A stretch of DNA of 63,985 nt from NCBI RefSeq assembly GCF_001194135.2, contig NC_068983.1, positions 35,496,928 to 35,560,912 of the forward strand, written 5' to 3'. A model generated the notes under the pieces. It worked only from the letters and a program-made list of their open reading frames with translations, did not search any database and was not told the DNA's origin. The stretch's first letter is position 1. Every line of letters starts with the position of its first letter. Shown here piece after piece: positions 1 through 11,693 of the stretch. This DNA is from Octopus bimaculoides. Lineage: Eukaryota. A program made the translations under genes and the position numbers.

Positions 1-1
1 G

Positions 2-32
<31 letters not shown>

Positions 33-46
33 GTGTGTGTGTGTGT
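1..46. repeat. (TA)n/(TG)n microsatellite
   Basis: Direct reading of the dinucleotide runs. Confidence 0.95.
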
Positions 47-1270
47 ACTGAGATGGAACTTAGGACCTGTATTTTTCTTCAATGATATTTGACTTTGTGT
101 CTCAGAAGTAGTCCTGAATTGTACTCAACCTAGAAATACAATGTATGTAGAAATAGAATTTGTTAAGGGATTCATCAGAGAATAGGTAGATAAAAGGATA
201 ATTTAGAACAAAAAATACTGAAAAAACCCTGTAGACACAAAAAAAATCAAAGGCAACTTCTGACTTTTTCTATCCAAAAGGCTTTTTAACCTAATACTTA
301 CATGCTGTCATTTATAGCTTTATCTACTTCAAGTTCAATCATTAAAAACAAATTATTTCACATTTTCTTTAAGATTTTTACTTTGTATCATCATCATTTA
401 ACATACATTTTCCATACTGGCATGGGTTAGACAGTTTGACTGCACCAGGCTCCAATCATCTATTTTGGCTTAGTTTCTATGGCTGGATGCCCTTCCTAAT
501 GCCAACCACTTCACAGAGTGTACTGGGTGTCTTTTCCATGTCACTGGCACTGGTCACAACACAATTCACTTAGCTTGATTGATCTAATTTATGACTTTAA
601 ATATAAGTCAATCATTTGAAAATCTCAAACTGCTGAAAATTTAATGTCTACTTGTTTGAGATAACTTACTGCTAATAAGATATTTCCTTTTCCTTAATTA
701 GTGATCTCATATTTAGAGACAAAAATATATTTTGCTGTATTTACACCCACACTATATTTCAATAGGTTTTATCACCAATCACTATCTAATGTTTTGTTCT
801 TGAATTTACACAGCACCAGAGTGGATTTGGGTTAGGAAGCTTTATTTATAAACTATGAAAATAATAATATTTTTAGAATGTACCTTCACTGGTGACCAAA
901 TGTACAAGAATATTATTATTCTTAGGTTAGAAATAATGTTTCCTGAGTCAAATCTAGTCTGGGTCTTTGTACATATCCAGGAAAATTGATGATAATAAGA
1001 TATCAAACTGATTGAAACAGTATTGTCTTTTTGTATTTCATTCTGTGTACTGTGCATACATTTTTGGCAAGCATTGTTGTCTTTCTTTACTTAATTTATT
1101 GTTGCTTTCTGTTCCTCCTTTTTACCCTATTCCAATCAACTGTAGTGCACTTAAGCAATACATACAATAAACTTGTTAACATCTCTAATGATGAAGTTGA
1201 TAATCAGGAAAATTACCGTCTAATTCTCAAGTATCTTTCAATTACTAACTTGACTGTTATTATTATTCAG

Positions 1271-1563
1271 GAAAACCTGTTGATGACCCAGATCACATCG
1301 ATTATGTTCCAACAGTATTCAAAACAACATCACAAATGGCATCACATCCCAAAAAACGGAAGAAATTACCCGATTCTTACAGATCTATCAAAAAGTTTCA
1401 TCACAATATGGAAGCTGCTTATGAAGCTGCAGAAGCTCTTATAACTCTGGCAAAAACACAGAATACCCAAACATCTTTGAACTCTGCAAGTGACAATACA
1501 ACCCCAGTCAATTCTATTGAAAATCTTCCTTCAAACACATCAAATTTTTCTGATAGCAAATAG
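1271..1563 (+). CDS. Terminal coding exon of a THAP-type zinc-finger protein (upstream exons outside the window)
   Basis: Acceptor tattattcAG at 1269-1270, phase 1. It reads (G)KPVDDPDHIDYVPTVF, the GKP..D..DYVP.F C-terminal box of invertebrate THAP domains, then an NLS-like PKKRKK and EAAEALITL. Stop TAG at 1561-1563; ATTAAA at 1664-1669. Confidence 0.65.
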
Positions 1564-1805
1564 CTATGTCTACTCAACAATCCTCTACAACAAAAATGCA
1601 GCTCTTAACAAACTACATTTGTTTCATTATTATTATTATTTTTTAATTGTAAAATATTCCATGATTAAAGTCACTTCCTTTGAACTCTATCATTGTAAAT
1701 ACTCATAGACTAATCCCTTTCTTCGAAATTACTGGCCTTGTGTTTTATTATTATCATAATCATTGTTATTTACAATGGACAGACAGGTGTCCTCACCTTG
1801 TTGTT

Positions 1806-1851
1806 ACCACAATGTTTCAGCTGATGTACTCTCCAGCCTTCATCAGGTGTT
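1806..1851 (-). ncRNA. Degenerate minimal type I hammerhead ribozyme motif
   Basis: AACAC-CUGAUGA-A-GGCUGG(agaguaca)UCAGCU-GAAAC-AUU-GUGGU. Stem II pairs; stem III and stem I carry mismatches. Confidence 0.6.
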
Positions 1852-2191
1852 CTGGTGGAATTTTGAACCCAACCCTTTATTTGATAAATGGGACACTCTG
1901 TTCTCATTCCTAAGATATTCTTTTCTCGCTGATGTTATTTTTTCTGTTGGTATTATTTCCCAAGCCCCTGGGATTGAACTCAGAATCCGAGGGTTAGTAG
2001 CCCGTACAAGCATATAACATAGTGGATAAGAGCAAGGGCTACTAACCCTCGGATTCTAAGTTCAATCCCAGGCAGGAACTTGGGAAATAATATCAACAGA
2101 AAAAAATAACACCAGCAAAAAAGAATACCTTAGGAATGAGAGCAGTGTACCCCATTATTCAAATAAAGGGTCGGGTTCAAAATCCCACCAG

Positions 2192-2237
2192 AACACCTGA
2201 TGAAGGCTGGAGAGTACATCAGCTGAAACATTGTCGT
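2192..2237 (+). ncRNA. Degenerate minimal type I hammerhead ribozyme motif
   Basis: CTGATGA at 2197-2203, stem II GGCTGG/TCAGCT, GAAAC at 2225-2229; stem I is partly mismatched. Confidence 0.55.
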
Positions 2238-2331
2238 AACAACAAGGTGAGGACACCTGTCCATCCATGATAAATAATGTACATAATTCCTCATCTCAAA
2301 AATATAGAATGGTATCATCATCATTATTATT

Positions 2332-3400
2332 AAAGTGGGGAGCTGACATGATCATTAGTGCATCACATAAAATGCTTTATCGTATTTCTTTCAGCCCTTT
2401 ACATTCTGAGTTCAACTTTACTTTTATCCTTTTAGGGCCAATAAAATAGGTTCAAGTTGAGCACTGGGGTCAGTGTAATTGACTAACTCCCTTCCCATAA
2501 AATTTCAGGTCTTGTTAATAAAAAGAATTATTATTATTATTAAGGCAGTGAGCTGGCAGAATCATTAGCACACTGGGTGAAATGCTTAGCAGCATTTCAT
2601 CTGTCTTTACATTCTGAGTTCAAATTCCTCCAAGGTCAACTTTGTCTTTCATCCTTTCGGTGTCAATTAAGTACCAGTGAAATACTGGGGGTCGATGTAA
2701 TCGACTAATCCCCCTCCCACCAAATTCAGGCCATGTGCCTTTAGTAGAAAGGATTATTATTATTATAATTATAATATTATGTCGGTGAGCTGGCAGAATT
2801 GTTAGCACGCCAGGCAAAATGCTTAGCAGTATTTCATCTGTTGCTACATTCTAAGTTCGAATTCCGCCAAGGTTGACTTTGCCTTTCATCCTTTCGGAGT
2901 TGATTAAATAGGTATAAGTTATGCGCTGGGGTCGATGTAATCGACTTAATCCCATCCCCAAAATTTGAGGCCTTGTGCTTCTAGTAGAAAGGATTATTAT
3001 TATTATTATGGTGACGAGCTGGCAGAATCATTAGCACACCGGGCAAAATGCTGAGCAACATTTCGTCTGTTCTTATGTTCTGAGTTCAAATTTCGCCAAG
3101 GTCAACTTTGCCTTTCATCTTTTCAGGGTTGATAAATTACGTACCAGTTGCATGCTACAGTTAATCTAATCAACTGGCCCCCAAAATTTCAGGCTTTGTG
3201 CCTATAATAGAAAGGATGATTATTATTATTATTAAGGCAGTAAGCTGGCAGAATTGATAGCACATCAGGCAAAATGCTAAGCAGCATTTTGCCTGTCTTT
3301 ACATTCTGAGTTCAAATTCTGGACAAGTTGATACAGTTGACTTGCTGGCCTTGTGCCAAAATTTGAAACCAATATCATCATGATGAGAAGGGCAATGGGT
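2332..3400 (+). mobile_element. Five head-to-tail copies of a ~220-bp tRNA-derived SINE, separated by (ATT)n tails
   Basis: Units start near 2332, 2542, 2781, 3009 and 3233 with 'gagctggcagaat..ttagca', B-box 'gagttcaaattc' and a core 'ctttcatcctttcggg'. The fifth copy is internally deleted. Confidence 0.9.
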
Positions 3401-4094
3401 AATGGAATTAGTAGAACATCAAACAAGATGTTTGGAGCAATTATATTTTTAGATTCTGAGCTCAAATCCCACCAGAGTAAACCTTGTCTTTCACCCTTCA
3501 AGAAGTTAAAATAAATAGCAACTAAAAACCAAAATCAATTCAGTCAATGACGATCTTCACCAAAATGCATAACACTATGTCCATACTATAAATCATTGAA
3601 TACCTGAATGAAACTACATTTGTATTAGAACTCTACCGCAAAGTAATTTTTAATGGAAAAGCTACTTTATTTTGTGTTCCAGTTTTACTAACCAAAGTTT
3701 TTACAATTGTTTGAGATCCACTCATTACGTGGGTAGAAGAAAAGTTTTTCCTTCTTTAGATTTTTTTAATGCTTATGTATTTTTAGCAAATAGTCCTTTG
3801 TAATATTTACATGAATTGTAAAATGGAAAACATGTTACTGTTATGGAACACTGTCATGAGAGTGGCCGTAGCAGTAACTTCTACAATGTAAACAGCCTTC
3901 AAATTATTTTCAAATGGTAAAACAGAATTTAATAAAAAAAAGAGAACAATGAAAATTAAAAAAATAAAAGATATCAAACAGAGTAAGTTTAAACTGTCAT
4001 ACAATGGAGGGGGACACAAAAAAAAAAATTAATATTGTGGGAACCATTAATTTGAATAGAAATAATAAAACAGCAAGAACACCAACAACACAAA

Positions 4095-4351
4095 CATTAT
4101 TTACAATTGATGGATATTTGTCCTCATCTTGTTTGTTGTTAACACAATGTTTCAGCTGATATACCCTCCAGCCTTCATCAGGTGTCTTGGGGGAATTTCG
4201 AACCTGGGTTCTCATTCCTAAGGTATTTTTCGATGTTGTTATTATTATTATCATTCAGGTCACTGCCTGGAATTGAACTCGGAATCTTGGGGTTAGTAGC
4301 CCACACTCTTAACCACTACACTATATGGCGTAGTGGTTAAGAGCTACTAAC
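4095..4351 (-). mobile_element. Second copy of the tRNA-headed hammerhead element, with a short inverted duplicate of its head
   Basis: On the - strand: A-box TAGTGGTTAAG (4318-4308), B-box GTTCAATTCC (4278-4269) and hammerhead core at 4186-4141 with intact stem I GACAC/GTGTT. An inverted partial head lies at 4331-4351. Confidence 0.8.
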
Positions 4352-5590
4352 AACATTCCATCTTTTGTGTTGAGAGTCAAAATGAGTGACATGGACCAGC
4401 TGAGGAAAAAGGACAATGAATGAATGAGATGTGTTACCAAAGACAATACATTCTTGCCTGACAATTTTATCCAGAAAGGAGTGAGGATGAAGGTGATGTA
4501 CTACTATTTTTTATTAAAATAAAGAGAGTTCATGCATGCCCTTAGAAGGCCTGGTTAATGTGTATTCCACCAACTGGGGCAAAGCATAGAGAAGCATGTG
4601 TCCAGCCTTTAAGACTGAGAATCAGGAAAGAAGAGATAGAGCAGGTGCATCATGTACCTGGTCTCATCATACATGGATCTCAGGGATCATAGCCAGAGAT
4701 ATAGGGTTTGATGTTGACTTTTGGCTCATCATCATATTGGTACATTACAAAAATGTGGCGAGTATGGATTACCAATACTTTGTATCAATCTCCAGATACT
4801 GATGACTATAAGGCTATACTTTATAGTGGGAATGGGTCAGTACAGAAGAGGAAAAGCAAAAGGAAAAAGAAGTGGCAGAGATAATAGCAATAAAAATAGC
4901 AGATCCCAGAATTAAAGATTACAGCTGTTGCTATTTTGTTTCCAGAGTACTGCCTGTCATCTTGGCAACCTAAAGAAAGTCATATCCAACTTGAATTTCA
5001 ATAAAGCAGAATGGAAATCAATCCACAAATTTAATGTCCATCTTCCATGCCAGTCATCATCATCATCATCATCATTTAACGTCCGTTTTCCATGTTGGCA
5101 TGGGTTGGATGGTTTGACCGAAAGCTGGTAAGCCATGGAGCTGCAGCAGGTTCCAATCTGATTTGGCATGGTTTCTATAGCTGGATGCCCTACCTAATGC
5201 CAACCACTCCAAAAGCACTCACATCAGAACACACTAGCTTAACTGGTCAAAACTTCAAAGTCACTGTCAACAATATTCTTGTTAAAGAATGAAAAATTTG
5301 TACTCTACAAAAGTATAAAGTAACCATCAGATTAATGTAAAATTGTTTTTATTATAACTGAGCATAAAAACACACACACCCATGCAAATATAAAACGAAC
5401 AAAAATATTTCATTAAACAATCTTTTTATTTACTCCTATTTTTATATATCACAGTTATGAAAACATCACAAAATCAAATTTATTAAAAGGAAAAAGAAAC
5501 TTAACCAACTCCTCAGCCAGATCATTAAAATCACAATTTTTTTCATGTTAATCAGTTTCTGTAAAATGTGCTGAAATAAGCTGACATCCA

Positions 5591-5686
5591 TTAACTTTTA
5601 CCAGGTCCAGGTTTCTCTTTCTTGTATTTTTCTAATTCTACTTTGATTTTTTCATACAAATCCATTGGCCCAGGAATTTTTGGTAA
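5591..5686 (-). CDS. STMP1: STMP1-like microprotein, exon 3 (LPKIPGPMDLYEKIKVELEKYKKEKPGPGKS*)
   Basis: Acceptor ttttttttttacacttAG; only the phase-0 frame is open. TAA at 5593-5591; AATAAA on the - strand at 5484-5479 and 5430-5425. Confidence 0.8.
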   Translation of the reverse strand, partial: LPKIPGPMDLYEKIKVELEKYKKEKPGPGKS

Positions 5687-6529
5687 CTAAGTGTAAAAAA
5701 AAAAGGCATCAATGATGAAATAATTGAATCTTAAAGACACTACACACACATATATACCATCATCATCATTTTTTAACATCCAGTTTTCCATACCAGCATG
5801 AGTTGGATGGAGTTTACTGAAGCAGATTTTCTACAGCCGGTGCTCTACCTGTTGCCAACCCTCACCATCTACAAGCAAGGTAATGCCCAGACATGTTTTT
5901 GCAGAATATCATCATTGTTCAACATCCTCTTTCCATGCTGGCATGGGTTGGATGGTTTGTCAGGAGCTGGCCAGACAGAAGCCTGCACCAGACTTCTGTC
6001 TGTTTTGGCAGGGGTTTTACAGATGGATGCCCTTCTTAACACCAACCACTCAACAGAGTGGACTGAGTATGCCTGGAATTTTGGAGAGATGGTGGGAAAA
6101 TGCTAAGCATACTTACATGGGACGGGGATCAGAATATAAATGGGATGGTCGAATAAAAGAAGAGAGTGAAGGTGGCAAATGCTAGGGTATACCCTTGGGG
6201 TACGGAGGTCATAATATAAGTGATACAGTATTGCTAAAGGAGCATCAGCAGTGTGTGGGGGAGGAGAATGTAGTGATTGGTGAAAATTTGGGTATGTGGA
6301 GGTGGAGAGCTACTGGATAGCAATGATAGAGTGAACAGGGTCATGAGGACAGGATTGGGGAGTGAGAGATAAGCATAGTGCACGAAGGAGGAGATGTGAA
6401 GAAGAGATGTAATTTGGTTTGTTGGGGTAGGGTGTGTGAAAAGTTTTCTTATGTGTGGGTGGAACACAGTGATTCTAGAACTCAGTTTCATTGACGTAGG
6501 TGGGTCTTCTCAAGAACTTCGTTTTGCCA

Positions 6530-6745
6530 GACATCTCAATCTATTATCATTTCTTGTGTGAGGTCCAACATCCTTACCACTTCGTCCCAGGTCTTCTTGG
6601 GTCTCCTTCTTCCATGGGTACCCTCCACTTTCAGTGACTGGCACTTCTTTATGCAGCTGTCTTCATTCATATGCATCACATGTCCAAACCAATGTAGTCT
6701 TCTCACTCGCATGCTACATTTGATTCCTCTTATGCCACACACACA
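6530..6745 (-). mobile_element. RTE-clade LINE ORF C-terminal fragment
   Basis: RRLHWFGHVMHMNEDSCIKKC...GRRRPKKTWDEVV matches the larger copy at 14763-15185. Confidence 0.85.
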
Positions 6746-7400
6746 TACAATAGGCTTCTTTCAGTTTCCATCTACCAAATCCACTGTCTAGTCACTAGCT
6801 GGCCTGGGGCTACAGTAGATGCTTACACAAAGTATCCAAAACCATGTGGATGGGAAGCAAAATACTTAACTACAGTCATGCCTGTGCCAATATATATATA
6901 TAGTTTTATCGTTTAAGGCAAACACTTGTATGCTCAGGGTTCTGCTGTAACCTGTTTCCTAATGCAAAAGTTGCAGTCTCATTAGGCAATGAAATAGTTC
7001 TGTAAGAGTTTTGGCCCCTTCCACTGCAACACAGAGCTGCCCAGGACCACCCATTGATGTAACAAAAACTCCTATATAAAAAGCATCCAGTCCACACTCT
7101 AAAGTGGTTGGTTTTGGAAGGCTATTCCCACTTTAAAAACCATGCCAAAGCAGACAGTGGAGATAGGTGCAGTACTCTGGCTTGCCAGCTCCTATCAAAC
7201 CATTTAACCCATGCCAGCAGGGAAGACACACATTAAATGATGATCATATACATGTGTGTGTGTGTGTATAAATCCAACAATTTATACAAAACACATGGGT
7301 TCACAAAATAATCTAATACATATTAACATCAGGTAAAAGAAATATTAATTACATATTGCTAAATAACCATATGCAAAAAGGAAGAAATCTGAATACGTAC

Positions 7401-7454
7401 AGAATAATATTGGTCAGCATAGGCCCCCACATAAAATCCAACCGCAAAACTAAC
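7401..7454 (-). CDS. STMP1: STMP1-like microprotein, exon 2 (VSFAVGFYVGAYADQYYS), 54 nt
   Basis: Acceptor ttatattatccAG and donor GTACGT, phase 0/0. The GxYxxQxY transmembrane motif matches the STMP1/C7orf73 family. Confidence 0.8.
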
Positions 7455-7594
7455 CTGGATAATATAACATAAAAATAAAATGAATTTATATGTTAAAACA
7501 CAAGACAAGAAACATACATTTATACATTTTAACCCTTTTGATACCAACCAGCTTGAAACCACCTCTGCTGCTCTGACACAAAATCACTTATTTA

Positions 7595-7950
7595 TTACCT
7601 CTGCCTTAGTGCAGGCAGAGGTATTGTTTTCAGTTGCGTTTGTTTGTTTGTCTGTGGACAAGATATCTCAAGAACCGTTGAATGGATTCGGATGAAACTT
7701 TCAGGGATGTTTGGCCTCATGACTGGCACAAACTGATTATATTTTGGGATCAATCTGGTACCAGACAAGGATTCTGGATTATTTTTCCTGTTTCTTTAAT
7801 TGTTGAGAGCGATCAGGTTCATTTTTAGTATCCTCATTTGTGAGAACAGACAAGTTTATTTCAGATATTCTCATTTTAAAAATTATCTCTGGCTAATCAT
7901 TGAGAGGATGCTGGTGTTGCCTTGATGGAGGTTTGTGCTCTCTAAGTACT
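7595..7950 (+). mobile_element. Helentron/HINE-type non-autonomous element
   Basis: 5' ATTACCTCTGCC...GGCAGAGGT hairpin, internal GTTT/GTCT microsatellite and 3' CCTTGATGGAGGTTTGTGCTCT. A related copy is at 58885-59170. Confidence 0.6.
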
Positions 7951-8340
7951 CTTGTTTACATTAAAACTTTTCTAAATAATTTTCATCATCATCTAACATG
8001 GTTTACACACTGGTATAGGTTGGATGGTTTGACGGGCTGACCAAGCTCCATTTATCAGTTTTGGTATGGTTTCTATCACTGGATGCTCTTTCTAATTGCC
8101 AACCACTTTACAGAGTGTGTTGGGTGCTTCTTATGTAGCACCAACACTTATCATGGACATGCTGAAGCACTGCCTTGGAGGGTTTAGTCAATTAAATCGA
8201 CCTCAGTACTTATTTTTAAGTCAGGTACTTATTCTATTGGCCTCTTTTGCTGAACTGCTAAGTTAGTGGGACACAAACAAACCAATACCAATAGTCAGGC
8301 ATTAGGGCAGAGTAGACAAGCACAACAGAACTATATACAT

Positions 8341-8915
8341 GGCAATGATGTGGTGAGAATGAATGAGGATAGCTGCGTGAAAAAGTGCCACTCCCTAACA
8401 GTTGAGGGAACCCGTGGAAGAGGTAGGCCCAGGAAGACCTTCGAACATTGGGCCTCACCGAGGCGATGACTACTGACCGAGACCTTTGGAAATGTGCTGT
8501 GCGTGAGAAGACCAGGCAAGCCAAGTGAGATCGTTGCCAGGGCCCCTGGACTGGCTCTTGTGCAGGTGGCACATAAGATGTACCATCCTGAGCGTGACAG
8601 TTGCCAGTACCGCCTGACTGGCCTTCGTAGGGTTTTCGAGTGAGATCGTTGCCAGTGCCCCTGGACTGGCTCTTGTGCAGATGGCACATAAAAGACACCA
8701 TTTCGAGCGTGGCCGTTTTCGTGCGGGTGACACGTAAAAGCACCCAATACACTCTCTGAGTGGTTGGCGTTAGGAAGGGCATCCAGCTGTAGAAACTCTG
8801 CCAAATTAGATTGGAGCCTGGTGTAGCCATCCGGTTGCACCAGTCCTCAGTCAAATCGTCCAACCCATGCTAGCATGGAAAGTGGACGTTAAACGATGAT
8901 GATGATGATGATGAT
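8341..8915 (+). mobile_element. RTE LINE 3' end (ORF tail, 3' UTR and (GAT)n tail)
   Basis: VRMNEDSCVKKCHSLTVEGTRGRGRP followed by the shared 3' UTR and gatgatgat. Confidence 0.85.
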
Positions 8916-10144
8916 ACACACACACACAGAGGCAATGACAAATGACCAAGACTCTTGGCAATAAGTCATGCTTGAGAAGACCCATCAAGCCAAGTGAAAT
9001 TGTGGTAATGGCAGAAACTGGTGTCATACAATTGGCACTTGTGCTAGTGGCATGTAAAAGCACCCATTACACTCTTGGAGTGGTTGGCATTAAGAAGAGT
9101 ATCCAGCTGTAGAAACCATGCCAAATCAGACTGGAGTCTGGTGCAGCCCCTCAGCTTGCCAACCCTGGTCAAACCATCCAAGCCATGCCAGCACGGACAA
9201 CGGATGTTAAATGATGATGATGATAGACATACAGACATATATATATCATCATTATTTAATATCCACTTACCCATGCTCATAAGATATTGGGACTCATATA
9301 CAACTGTCACACAATGTCAAAAAAGGCCCAAAACACTCATTACGTGTATACATATATATGCATGTATTATATATCATCATCATCGTTTAACGGCCTCTTT
9401 CCATGCTGGCATGGGTTGGACAGTTTGACTGAGGGCTGGCGAGCCAGAAGGTTGCACCAGTCTCAAATATGATCTGGCAAAGCTTCTACAGCTGGATGCC
9501 TTTCCTAACGCCAACCACTCCGAGAGTGTAGTGGGTGCTTTTACGTGCCACCCCAGCACGAGGGCCAGTCAAGCGGTACTGGCATCAGCCACGCTCAAAT
9601 GGTGCTTTTTTATGTGCAACCTGCACGGGGAGCCAGTCCAGCGGCATATATTAGAAGACACTTGCCCAAGGTGCTATGCAGCAGGACTGAACCCAGGACT
9701 ATGTGATTGAGAAGCAAACTTCTTACCACACAAACACGCCTGTGCGTGTGTGTGTGTGTATACACACATACAATACGTATACAAATATTACAGTAGCAGG
9801 CAGAGGAAAGGCATTTTGGGAAGGAAAGGTCAAAAGAGAAGAAACCTTTAGAAAGACAGATCCAAATTCGAAGCATTTCATAGTGATTTTTGTTTTATAA
9901 CAATGCTTTACAATATCCACCTTTTGTTCACATTAAGGCCTTCATGAACAAGCCTCCCTCCTCCTCTACCATTGCACATCTCTTTTACTATCTCTTCTAT
10001 CACCTTTACGCTCTAGTTAATCTTTCAGCACTGTTCTGCTGTTGAACGAACGGAGATAACGCTGGGTAAAGAGTACTCTACGTTGTTGGCAGCTAAATCG
10101 TTACATATTTTTTTAGCAACCATCTGCTTGTAGAAGCGCGCGCG

Positions 10145-10154
<10 letters not shown>

Positions 10155-10212
<58 letters not shown>
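10155..10212. repeat. (TA)n(GA)n microsatellite
   Basis: Direct reading. Confidence 0.95.
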
Positions 10213-10213
<1 letters not shown>

Positions 10214-10798
10214 ATCTAAAGACATGTTGCTTCTGTTTGTTTTAAGTTTTTTTTTTTTCCCCTCAAAATATTATTTTCGTTTTAATCCGACACGAAAATA
10301 AGAATTAACCATATTTTCCTAAAATTATACAATATAAAAGGAAATATTTTTGTAAATACTATGTACATGAACATCTCAAGAAAGCCTTTGTTATTTACTG
10401 TAGAAGCAAACACAAAATTTTAAGAAGCACATGTCCTTTTCGCAGTGTATAATAAGTATTTTACAAAGTATAAACAAATCAAATTATTTTCTTATTTCCG
10501 TTTCGGTTTTTCATTTGACTTCAGAACGACCAGAGCAAAAAAAAGTAAACCAGAACATATAGTCGGTTGGAAACTGTAACCAACGGCGGTGTTGTTACAG
10601 ATCACACTATAAACAAAACAAATAGCCATAAACATTTTCAAGATCTGTAAGATCTATTTTAATATCACTAACTTTGTTTTAAAAAAAAAGACAAATGCAC
10701 TGATTCAATTATACACTTTCTTTCCTTCTGACATCAAGCTCGTTACAATGACAAGTCAAGCGACAAACTATGAAACAGCGTAGTAAAAAGAAATTATA

Positions 10799-10950
10799 TA
10801 CCGTATTAAAGCGTGTATAAGAAACCCCCTAATTTTGGGGGCTTAATATTTGGAAAGAAGATTTTGCAAGGGATTATAATACTATCCATGTATAAGAAAC
10901 CTGATTTTTGACAAAAAAAAAAAAGGTTCTTTATACACGTTAAAATACAG
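10799..10950. mobile_element. Short Tc1/mariner-type MITE
   Basis: Imperfect TIRs TACCGTATT..CGTGTATAA and TTATACACG..AATACAG. Confidence 0.5.
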
Positions 10951-11611
10951 AATATAAACAATGGTTATAGCACTAAAAGTAGCACATAACTAACGGCTTA
11001 ACAGATGTATACCCCATCCACCCTCATCATGCAGTGACGGCATAACTAGGGATATACATATGTAGTTATGCCTAAATGGCAAATAACTATATTAGAAAGT
11101 TAAGAAAATGTCTTACCAACTTGCCCAACATGATCCACGATGTTAATTAATTAATTGTTTTAAGACAACGAATCCAACATTGATTACCGTTCTAAGATGC
11201 ACATCGATATTTGTATCTCCTGTAATTAGAGATCGCACGCACATCGATATTTATCTCCCGTTTCACACGTTCAACAAGATTACACTCGGCTATCTAGGAA
11301 GAATCCACTATATAATGTCTCGGATCTTTTTTAAATCGGGGGCCACATTTTTCATTAATGTTTTACGTAGTGTTTTTGGTACCGAAAGACTTTCAAACTT
11401 CGTATACTTATCTATTTTGTGTTATAGAACAGAAAAATACTTTTGTATTCGAATTTATTTCATGTAAAAAATTGTCTTATTTCGATAATTTCAACCATTC
11501 ACTGACAAGTATTCAGTTGTTTACATTTACTCCTTTGGCTCATTAAGCGATGTAAAGCGTATTTAATCTCCATACCTTCGTTTTATTTGCTTTTTTCATT
11601 TTAAATTTGCT

Positions 11612-11645
11612 TTAACCCTAACCCTAAGGTTAGGGTTAGGGTTAA
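11612..11645. repeat. Perfect 16-bp inverted telomere-type repeat TTAACCCTAACCCTAA-GG-TTAGGGTTAGGGTTAA
   Basis: Direct reading. Confidence 0.9.
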
Positions 11646-11693
11646 TTGTTTCAGAATCGTTTGTTTATGTAGTCGGCACTTAATGTATATCGG

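Larger units (their letters stand above)
1765..2279. mobile_element. Foldback (inverted) pair of a tRNA-headed, hammerhead-bearing Penelope-type/SINE element
   Basis: Arms ~1765-2003 and ~2036-2279 are reverse complements with a 32-nt spacer; the same peptide appears in ORFs 1680..1913(+) and 2130..2324(-). A/B-box-like motifs at 2020-2030 and 2060-2068; CTGATGA...GAAAC core in each arm. Confidence 0.8.

Noticed and set aside
2332-3400. CRISPR-like or tRNA-gene array
   Set aside because: The units are ~220-bp SINEs without spacers; the tRNA-like heads lack an acceptor stem and full cloverleaf.
3807-4969. Possible extra STMP1 3' exons (4969-4923 GCQDDRQYSGNKIATA; ~3897 GCLHCRSYCYGHSHDSVP*) via the GTAAAA donor at 5601
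   Set aside because: Phase-compatible, but there is no family similarity, and read-through to PGKS* with nearby AATAAA signals already gives a family-sized protein.
8258-8863. Recurrent ORFs such as MQPDGYTRLQSNLAEF... and MLLRVTRTKTATLEM... (also at 12999, 33978 and 60620)
   Set aside because: Antisense readings of the multi-copy RTE 3' UTR; not host genes.
10025-10225. ORF MSLDSLSLSLIYIY...MVAKKICNDLAANNVEY
   Set aside because: It is built through a microsatellite and has no homology or usable splice phase.
10412-10432. Alternative STMP1 first exon MCFLKFC
   Set aside because: It fits the phase, but the donor (GTTTGC) and start context are weaker than at 12731-12711; kept only as a fallback.
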